A program made the position numbers and the translations under genes. A DNA stretch of 12,055 nt from Oscillospiraceae bacterium (GTDB lineage Bacteria; Bacillota; Clostridia; Oscillospirales; Oscillospiraceae), in NCBI GenBank assembly GCA_902766215.1, contig CACXCV010000203.1, positions 1 to 12,055 of the forward strand, given 5' to 3'. Of the stretch, positions 6,873 to 12,055 are shown piece by piece. A model generated the notes under the pieces. That model searched no databases and had not been told where the DNA came from. It saw only the letters and a list, made by a program, of their open reading frames with translations. Positions within the stretch are counted from its first letter, which is position 1; every line of letters begins with the position of its first letter.

Positions 6873-7214
6873 TCAGTCCCCCTCCAGCTGCCGCACCACC
6901 TCGCGGATGGTGTCAAGAAAGGCCTCCTCGCCCACCGTGTTCACCTTGAACCACACGGCCTGGCTGCCGCCGGAGGTGATGGCCGACAGGAACAGCCGCC
7001 CGTTCTCGCCGGCCAGGGTCAGGCTCATGCTGACCCGGTTGCCGCCAAACATGCTGTAGCGCTCATAAACGCGCACCGCCACGCGTGCATTGTCCAGCGT
7101 GCAGTCGCTGCCGTCCTCATAGCTGGCGGAGAGACTGCCGTCGAGGATTGCCCGATGCAGCTGGTCCAATACGGTGTCAAATGAGCCGGTCAGATGGGTT
7201 TCAAGCTTCGCCAT
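6873..7214 (-). CDS. Small soluble hypothetical protein (113 aa). No TM segment and no recognisable motif. Translationally coupled to flotillin upstream and to the ATPase downstream.
   Basis: ATG 7214 is preceded by GGAGG 6 nt upstream (minus strand) and overlaps the last 14 nt of the flotillin gene. The TGA stop at 6873-6875 is 3 nt before the ATPase ATG. Codon usage is consistent with its neighbours. The predicted protein is beta-rich and acidic. Confidence 0.7.
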   Translation of the reverse strand: MAKLETHLTGSFDTVLDQLHRAILDGSLSASYEDGSDCTLDNARVAVRVYERYSMFGGNRVSMSLTLAGENGRLFLSAITSGGSQAVWFKVNTVGEEAFLDTIREVVRQLEGD

Positions 7215-8613
7215 GGGGCGCCTCCTCAGGTGCGGGCTGGACGGGCTGCGGAGCCGGGGTCACGGGCTTGCCCATAAAGCCGGGCAGCTCCATCCCCGCC
7301 ATGCGGAACATTTCGTTCATCGGCGGCACGGCGCTCATATACGACTTGATAAAATCGGAGGTGGTGGAGCCGCCGTCTTTGCCGTTCATGGAATCCCAGA
7401 CAGTAATCTTGTCGATGGACAGGTTCTTGATGGCCTCCATCTGGGTCTTGAGGAGGTTCTCCAGCTTGTCAGCAATCATCAGCTGCACGGCAGCCTGCGT
7501 ATCACCGCCGGCAGCCTCGATGATCCGGCGGAAGCCCTCGGCCTGGCGGGTCAGCAGCTCCTCGGCGCCCTTGGCCTGGGCGGCCAGGCGGGCATAGATG
7601 GCGTCGGCCTCGCCCTGGGCCTGGCGGCGGATGCGCTCGGCCTCTGCCTCGGCAGACAGCTGGGCCTGCTCCTTTTCAATCTCGGCGCGGACGATCACAT
7701 CGGCCCGCAGGCTGGCCTGTTCGCGCACAGCACGGGCCCTTTCCGCGTTTTCCTCGGCGGCGTAGGCTTCTTCCAGCGCCTTGGCCTGGGCGACCTTCTC
7801 GGCCGCGGTGGCACGGCGCAGCGCCTCGGCCTCGCGCTCGCGGCGCACGGCCTCCGAATCGGCAATCTGCACCTTGGCCTCGTTTTCGCCCTGGATGGCC
7901 ACGGCATTGGCCTCAGCCACCGAAACACGCTGGTCGCGCTGGGCCTCGGACTCGCCCACGGTACCGGCACGGTTCTGCTCGGCCACATTGCGCTTGGCGT
8001 CGTTGATGGCCTTGGCTGCCGCTTCCTTTCCCAGGGCGTCGATATAGCCGGATTCGTCGGTGATGTCGGTAACGTTGACGTTGATCAGCCGCAGGCCGAT
8101 CTTTTTCAGCTCGGTTTCCACGTTGGAGGACACCGCTGCCAGAAACTTGTCGCGGTCGGTGTTGATCTCCTCGATGTCCATGGTGGCGATGACCAGACGC
8201 AGCTGGCCAAAAATGATGTCCTTTGCCAGCTCCTGCACCTGATCCAGGCCCAGACCCAGCAGGCGCTCGGCCGCATTCTGCATCACTGCCGTCTCGGTGG
8301 AGATGCCCACGGTAAAGCGCGAGGGCACGTCAATGCGGATGTTCTGCCGGGACAGGGCGCTGCGCAGGTCCACACTGATGGAGATGGGCGTCAGGTCGAG
8401 ATAGGCGCAGGACTGGATCACCGGCCAGACAAAGGCCGCGCCGCCGTGGAGGCAGCGGGCCGAACGGGCGCTGCCGTTTTCGGTGTTGCCCACCTTACCA
8501 TAGATCACCATGACCTTGTCAGAGGGGCACTTGCGATAGCGGGACAGAATGGCCAGCGTGGTGCCGAAAAACAGCAGCACAATGACCGCGATGAGAATGT
8601 AGATGGCTGGCAT
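7201..8613 (-). CDS. Flotillin / SPFH (band-7) family protein, FloT (YuaG)-like. N-terminal membrane anchor, SPFH domain, long Ala/Glu-rich coiled-coil region, Pro-rich C-terminal tail.
   Basis: 470 aa. N-terminus MPAIYILIAVIVLLFFGTTLAIL is hydrophobic. The following SPFH-like region is VMVIYGKVGN...FVWPVIQS...RFTVGISTE. An extended EA-repeat region (AEQNRAGTVGESEAQRDQRVSVAEANAVAIQGENEAKVQIADSEAVRREREAEALRR...) is typical of flotillins. RBS AAAGGAG 7 nt upstream of ATG 8613. Preceded by an nfeD-like gene, as in B. subtilis yuaF-floT. Confidence 0.9.
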   Translation of the reverse strand: MPAIYILIAVIVLLFFGTTLAILSRYRKCPSDKVMVIYGKVGNTENGSARSARCLHGGAAFVWPVIQSCAYLDLTPISISVDLRSALSRQNIRIDVPSRFTVGISTETAVMQNAAERLLGLGLDQVQELAKDIIFGQLRLVIATMDIEEINTDRDKFLAAVSSNVETELKKIGLRLINVNVTDITDESGYIDALGKEAAAKAINDAKRNVAEQNRAGTVGESEAQRDQRVSVAEANAVAIQGENEAKVQIADSEAVRREREAEALRRATAAEKVAQAKALEEAYAAEENAERARAVREQASLRADVIVRAEIEKEQAQLSAEAEAERIRRQAQGEADAIYARLAAQAKGAEELLTRQAEGFRRIIEAAGGDTQAAVQLMIADKLENLLKTQMEAIKNLSIDKITVWDSMNGKDGGSTTSDFIKSYMSAVPPMNEMFRMAGMELPGFMGKPVTPAPQPVQPAPEEAPHGEA

Positions 8614-8647
8614 GTAAAAACTCCTTTCAATTCATGGTTAACCAATG

Positions 8648-9346
8648 TCAATCATCGCGCTCGACAACCAGTAGGCCGCCGCTGAGGTCCGTCACCCGCA
8701 CCTGCATCCCCGTGGGCAGGGCTTCGCCCTCGGTGACGGCGTCAAGCTCCATCAGCTGTTCGCCCAGGACCAGCTGCACCTTTCCGGCGCCGTGCCGCCG
8801 GGCCGGGATGGGAATGTACACCGTGCCGGACTCGCCAAGGGCGCTGCGCTGTGAAACGGTGCCGTTTTCCTGCAGGCCAGCCAGCAGCTGGATCAGCTTG
8901 GCAATGAGAACCAGGCTCAGCAGGCCGGAAGCCAGCGCAATGATCAGCGCCAGCACCGGCCGCAGACCGCACTCCAGCGCCGCGATGCCGGCCCAGCTGC
9001 CCACAGCCAGAAAGCCGATGATCCCCCGGACGGAAAACAGCCGCAGGCCGTGATCTGCCCCGGCGTCCGCGCCGCCGTCCGCATCCGGAGGCAGGCTGCC
9101 GTCCGGATCGGCCACCAGCTCTGTGTCGGGCACACCGTCCAGATCGACGTCTGAATCCAAATCCAGACCGGCGTCCGCGTCGCAGTCGCCGTCGCACAGG
9201 CCGCTGGTGTCCGAATCGGTCTGGTCGCCCCCGCCGCCGCTGAACAGCAGCAGGATCGTCTGAATCAGCAGGATCAGCGCACTGGGCGCGCCGATGAGAA
9301 ACAGCGCCTGCTCCAGCGCCGGAATCCCGGCCCACCATGCTTCCAT
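8648..9346 (-). CDS. NfeD-family membrane protein (short form): N-terminal TM helix, unusual Asp-rich ~60-aa loop, two further TM helices, C-terminal OB-fold beta-barrel. Start reassigned to ATG 9346, versus the ORF-track start at 9418.
   Basis: A strong RBS GAGGGGG sits 7 nt upstream of ATG 9346. The track start at 9418 coincides with the -35 hexamer of the operon promoter, so it cannot be coding. The C-terminus GESGTVYIPIPARRHGAGKVQLVLGEQLMELDAVTEGEALPTGMQVRVTDLSGGLLVVERDD matches the NfeD OB domain. Located upstream of a flotillin, the conserved partnership. Confidence 0.8.
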   Translation of the reverse strand: MEAWWAGIPALEQALFLIGAPSALILLIQTILLLFSGGGGDQTDSDTSGLCDGDCDADAGLDLDSDVDLDGVPDTELVADPDGSLPPDADGGADAGADHGLRLFSVRGIIGFLAVGSWAGIAALECGLRPVLALIIALASGLLSLVLIAKLIQLLAGLQENGTVSQRSALGESGTVYIPIPARRHGAGKVQLVLGEQLMELDAVTEGEALPTGMQVRVTDLSGGLLVVERDD

Positions 9347-9389
9347 TGGGTAACCCCCTCTTTTCAGAGTGTAAATTTCTCTTACCCCA

Positions 9390-9418
9390 AGTATACAATC
9401 TGCGCTGGGGTTTGTCAA
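9390..9418 (-). promoter_or_regulatory. Consensus sigma70 promoter of the nfeD-flotillin operon on the minus strand: -35 TTGACA (plus coordinates 9418..9413), 17-nt spacer, -10 TATACT (9395..9390).
   Basis: Read directly from the reverse complement of 9390-9418. Predicted TSS near 9383, ~37 nt upstream of the nfeD ATG at 9346. Confidence 0.6.
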
Positions 9419-9440
9419 TCCATTCTTACCGGCAGCCGTT

Positions 9441-9464
9441 CATAGAATGATTACAATTTCTATG
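9441..9464. promoter_or_regulatory. Perfect 7-10-7 inverted repeat CATAGAA-tgattacaat-TTCTATG between the two divergent promoters. Candidate operator or activator box.
   Basis: Arms 9441-9447 and 9458-9464 are exact reverse complements. The repeat is immediately upstream of the regulator -35 (9466-9471). It is centred about -48 relative to the predicted regulator TSS and about -70 relative to the nfeD TSS. Confidence 0.45.
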
Positions 9465-9465
9465 G

Positions 9466-9494
9466 TTGCACCCTCAGCGCATTTATGCTAAAAT
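9466..9494 (+). promoter_or_regulatory. Candidate promoter of the PlcR-like regulator gene: -35 TTGCAC (9466-9471), 17-nt spacer, extended -10 TGcTAAAAT (9486-9494).
   Basis: The extended -10 is well formed and the -35 is weak. 39 nt upstream of the GTG start at 9533. Confidence 0.5.
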
Positions 9495-9532
9495 ATCGTG
9501 TGTAAATGACAATTACAAGGTTGTGATCCATT

Positions 9533-10399
9533 GTGACTCTGGGTGAGAAAATCAAAAAGGCACGGCTGGACCGCCACATGACCCAGCGTGACGTGGTGGG
9601 CAGCTATATCACCCGCAACATGCTCTCAAAAATTGAAAACAACAGCGCCACGCCCTCGATGAAAACGCTGGAGTTTCTGGCCGCGCAGCTGAATCTGCCA
9701 ATCAGCTATTTCGTCTCGGAAAACGTTGTGGCGGTGGTTCCACGCTCACTGCAGGCGGCGCGCGAGGCATTTTCTGCCGGACAATACGACGCCGCCCTGG
9801 CCCTTCTGGAGGAAGCCGACGGCCTGGAGGATGAACAGGATGAGACGCAGCTGCTTTGCGCGCTGTGTCACCTGCATCTGGCCGCAGCAGCCAGCCGCCG
9901 CGACGATGCGCAGGCCGCCCTGGCCCACGCCCGCGCCGCCATGGAGGCCAACCGCCAAACCATCTACGGCAGCGAGGCGACAGCCGCCAAGGCGGCCTTG
10001 CTGGCCGCACGGTATGACGAGGCGTCGTTTGACCGCGCAATGGAAGCATATCACACGGCGCGGTCCTCGATGGGGCTGGACCGGCTGTACCACCTGACCA
10101 TGGCGCAGCACTATCTGGCCGCCGGTCAGACGCAGCCGGCTTCCGCCGAGCTGGCGCAGCTGGATGGCCCCTCGGGTCAGGACCCCGACTGTCTGCGCAT
10201 GCAGGGCGAGCTGTCCATGCAGCAGAGCGACTATCCGCGGGCCGCGCAGCAGCTGCGCCGGGCCGAGCAGCTGGCCGTTACCGCCGGCAGCAGCGAGGAC
10301 GCCATGGCGCCGCTGTATGCCATGCTGGAGCAGTGCTACCGCGAGATGGAGGACTATAAAGAGGCATACAACTACGCGGCAAAGCAGATTCAGCGATAA
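9533..10399 (+). CDS. XRE-family HTH transcriptional regulator with a C-terminal TPR-like helical-repeat domain. This is PlcR/Rgg (RNPP-family)-like architecture. GTG start.
   Basis: 288 aa. The N-terminus LGEKIKKARLDRHMTQRDVVGSYITRNMLSKIENNSATPSMKTLEFLAAQLNLPISYF closely follows the PlcR/Rgg HTH pattern (LGxxIKKxRxxxxxTQxxL...SxIExGxxxPSMxxLxxxAxxLxxPIxxF). The remainder is Ala/Leu-rich with amphipathic repeats and a Y/A-rich C-terminus. Monocistronic, bounded by its promoter and a downstream terminator. Confidence 0.85.
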   Translation: MTLGEKIKKARLDRHMTQRDVVGSYITRNMLSKIENNSATPSMKTLEFLAAQLNLPISYFVSENVVAVVPRSLQAAREAFSAGQYDAALALLEEADGLEDEQDETQLLCALCHLHLAAAASRRDDAQAALAHARAAMEANRQTIYGSEATAAKAALLAARYDEASFDRAMEAYHTARSSMGLDRLYHLTMAQHYLAAGQTQPASAELAQLDGPSGQDPDCLRMQGELSMQQSDYPRAAQQLRRAEQLAVTAGSSEDAMAPLYAMLEQCYREMEDYKEAYNYAAKQIQR

Positions 10400-10400
10400 T

Positions 10401-10447
10401 CCCGCCAAAAAACAACACCGCGCCGCCCCCCGGGGCGGCGCGGTGTT
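10401..10447. terminator. Bidirectional intrinsic terminator: a 16-bp perfect GC stem (aacaccgcgccgcccc/ggggcggcgcggtgtt), flanked by A6 upstream and T-rich sequence downstream.
   Basis: Palindrome 10414-10447 read from the sequence. On the minus strand it is followed by UUUUUU, which is canonical for the Gx-transporter gene whose stop codon is at 10447-10449. On the plus strand it follows the regulator stop (10397-10399) with a weaker U-tract. Confidence 0.75.
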
Positions 10448-10929
10448 CATTGTCTCAGCCGGCGCAGCAGCGCCGTGACGCACAGGCCGGTAAATGCCCC
10501 GGCCGCCATGGAGGCCAGCAGCATCACCGGCAGCCACACCAGCAGCGCCGGCGTGTCAGTGATGGCCACAGCCACGGCCATCTGGCCCAGGCTGTGCCCC
10601 AGCGCCCCCAGCACACCCAGCACCCAGGTCTGGGGGACAGCCTGGCGCAGCAGCGCCATCACGGCAAAGGCGCACAGCCCGCCCCCAGCGGCATAGAACA
10701 TGGCCGCCACGGTGCCGCAGACCAGGTTGCCCAGAATAATCCGCGCTGCCAGCACCAGCGCGGCGTCGCGCGCCCGGCCGGTGCGCAGCACATACAGCGT
10801 CACCGCATTGGCCAGGCCCAGCTTGATGCCCGGGATGGGCGCCAGCGGCGGCAGCTGCTGCTCGACGACAAACATGATCAGCGCCACAGCCGTGAGCAGG
10901 GCCAGGCGGGTCAGGCGGTTAGGTTTCAT
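10447..10929 (-). CDS. Gx transporter family protein (formerly annotated as 'heptaprenyl diphosphate synthase component I'-like). Small polytopic membrane protein. Start reassigned to ATG 10929, versus the ORF-track start at 11106.
   Basis: RBS GGAGGA 8 nt upstream of ATG 10929. From MKPNRLTRLALLTAVALIMFVVEQQLPPLAPIPGIKLGLANAVTLYVL onward the product is hydrophobic, with about 5 predicted TM helices. The 59-codon upstream extension in the track ORF is Arg/Trp/Cys-rich junk and would overlap the upstream gene. Confidence 0.8.
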   Translation of the reverse strand: MKPNRLTRLALLTAVALIMFVVEQQLPPLAPIPGIKLGLANAVTLYVLRTGRARDAALVLAARIILGNLVCGTVAAMFYAAGGGLCAFAVMALLRQAVPQTWVLGVLGALGHSLGQMAVAVAITDTPALLVWLPVMLLASMAAGAFTGLCVTALLRRLRQ

Positions 10930-10945
10930 ATGGGCGCTCCTCCGT

Positions 10946-11299
10946 TCATCCGGCCACGCTGTCCAGCGCATCGCCGGAGAATGTGATGACCAGCCGGTGC
11001 GGCAGGCACACCACCGGCGCGCCGCCCCGCACCGGGCCGCGTGCCACGCAGATCCCGTCGGGGCAGTCGGCCTCGGCCACGGCCACACAGCCGCTGGAAA
11101 CCACAATGCGGTTATAGCCGCCCCCGGGCAGCTCGACCAGCAGCTCGGTATCCTCCGTCAGGGGCAGGACGGCAATCTGCTGTCCATCCAGCCACACCTG
11201 CGCCGCGCCGGCCTCCGCCGGGCGCAGCAGCCAGACGCTCAGCCCTGCCAGCACCGCCGCCAGCGCCAGAAACAGCGCGGCCCAGCGGCGCGCGCTCAT
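10946..11299 (-). CDS. NusG domain II-containing protein. N-terminal signal-anchor followed by a small extracytoplasmic beta domain with a conserved CPDxxC motif.
   Basis: 117 aa. N-terminus MSARRWAALFLALAAVLAGLSVWLL is a TM/signal segment. Motifs VVSSGCVAVAEADCPDGICV and VVCLPHRLVI are typical of this family. The ATG overlaps the ApbE TGA (ATGA). RBS GGAGGTG 5 nt upstream. Confidence 0.8.
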   Translation of the reverse strand: MSARRWAALFLALAAVLAGLSVWLLRPAEAGAAQVWLDGQQIAVLPLTEDTELLVELPGGGYNRIVVSSGCVAVAEADCPDGICVARGPVRGGAPVVCLPHRLVITFSGDALDSVAG

Positions 11300-12055
11300 G
11301 AAAGCACCTCCGCCTCGACCCCGGTCAGGCGCAGGCCGCCGGTCTGATATACGCGGCCGCCGTCGTCTACCAGCACCATATCAAAGTCGCTCTGCTGCCG
11401 CCAGAGCGCCAGCGCCGCGTCCTTGCCCATGACATACACCGCCGTGCTCAGCGCGTCGGCATACAGGCCGCTGCCGGCGACGATGGTCACGCTGGTCAGG
11501 CCGCTGCGGGCCGGATAGCCCGTGGCCGGGTCAAGGATGTGGTGATACACCGTGCCGCCCTCCTCGAACCGGCGCTGATAGCCCCCGGAGGTCACCACGG
11601 CCGCGCTGCCGGAAATCCACAGCGTGCCCAGCATCGCACTCTCGTTTGCCGGGTCGCGGATGGCAATCTGCCAGTCGCCGCCGCCGGGCTTGGTTCCCAG
11701 GGTCTGCACGTTGCCGCCCAGGTTGAGAACGGCAGATTCCACCCCCGCCTGCCGCAGCTGCCGGCAGAGCACATCCGCCGCATAGCCCTTGGCCACGGCG
11801 CCCAGCGTCACCGCCCCGCCCTGGGGCAGGGTAAACGTGTCGCCCTGCCAGGACACGGCGCGATAATCCACGCAGCGCAGCGCGGCTGCCAGTGCATCCG
11901 CCTGCGGCAGGCGATAGTCCCCGGTGGAAAAGCCCCACAGCGCCGCCACCGGGCCGATGGTGACGTCCAGCGCGCCATCCGTCAGCCGGCACAGCGCCAG
12001 CGACTGCCGCAGCAGCTCTGCCGTGTCCGGCGACAGCGCCGCGCTGCCGCCGGCG
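11296..12055 (-). CDS. FAD:protein FMN transferase (ApbE family). The N-terminal part lies beyond the window end (5'-partial). The frame is open to nt 12055.
   Basis: The frame continued by hand to the window edge gives ...LDVTIGPVAALWGFSTGDY..., then GGNVQTLGTKPGGGDWQIAIRDP...SGGYQRRFEEGGTVYHHILDPATGYPA...SVTIVAGSGLYADALSTAVYVMG. These are hallmark ApbE motifs. The listed ORF start at 11949 is only an internal GTG. The overlapping ORF 11531..11992 in another frame is spurious. Confidence 0.85.
   Translation of the reverse strand, partial: AGGSAALSPDTAELLRQSLALCRLTDGALDVTIGPVAALWGFSTGDYRLPQADALAAALRCVDYRAVSWQGDTFTLPQGGAVTLGAVAKGYAADVLCRQLRQAGVESAVLNLGGNVQTLGTKPGGGDWQIAIRDPANESAMLGTLWISGSAAVVTSGGYQRRFEEGGTVYHHILDPATGYPARSGLTSVTIVAGSGLYADALSTAVYVMGKDAALALWRQQSDFDMVLVDDGGRVYQTGGLRLTGVEAEVLS

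Noticed and set aside
9463-9526. Tiny ORFs in the divergent intergenic region (MVAPSAHLC* 9463-9492; MTITRL* 9506-9526), considered as possible leader or signalling peptides for the PlcR-like regulator
   Set aside because: Too short (9 and 6 codons). They have no RBS and no signal-peptide character. The first overlaps the promoter hexamers. RNPP pro-peptides are typically 20-50 aa and encoded downstream of the regulator.
1-12055. Search for tRNA/rRNA genes, CRISPR arrays, IS/transposase or integrase genes, and phage-like genes
   Set aside because: The intergenic spaces are short and fully accounted for by promoters and terminators. There are no repeat-spacer arrays, no terminal inverted repeats flanking a transposase-like ORF, and no cloverleaf-compatible segments. 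The window appears to be core chromosome rather than a mobile island.

Overview
High-GC (~65-68%) chromosomal window. The gene content looks like a Firmicutes/Clostridia-type genome (VanW+G5 protein, ApbE/NusG-domain-II/Gx-transporter trio, infC-rpmI-rplT). The taxonomic guess is inference only. Layout from left to right: (1) An acidic low-complexity protein, possibly truncated at its 5' end by the window edge. (2) A VanW-family cell-wall protein with a C-terminal Pro-rich/acidic tail that contains a 30-bp tandem repeat. (3) A sigma70 promoter, then a structured leader with an attenuator-like terminator, then infC (most likely starting at a non-ATG ATC codon), rpmI, rplT and an intrinsic terminator. 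(4) Convergent feoB on the minus strand with no adjacent feoA. (5) A minus-strand operon reading nfeD - flotillin - small 113-aa protein - minimal ABC/AAA_21-type ATPase. Successive genes are joined by a 34-nt RBS-containing gap, a 14-nt overlap and a 3-nt gap. The operon runs from a textbook TTGACA-17-TATACT promoter to a canonical terminator. (6) A divergently transcribed, monocistronic PlcR/RNPP-like regulator (XRE HTH N-terminus, TPR-like C-terminus). A perfect 7-10-7 inverted repeat sits between the two divergent promoters. (7) On the minus strand, a flavinylation-type cluster: ApbE (runs off the window) - NusG-domain-II protein - Gx transporter, ending at a bidirectional terminator. The most interesting candidates are the uncharacterised small-protein/ATPase pair appended to the flotillin/NfeD operon, and the orphan PlcR-like regulator with its palindromic operator. 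Several six-frame ORF-track entries are N-terminally over-extended (FeoB, NfeD, Gx transporter, infC). RBS positions support shorter starts. Many long antisense ORFs are artefacts of the high GC content. No tRNA, rRNA, CRISPR array or obvious mobile element was seen.
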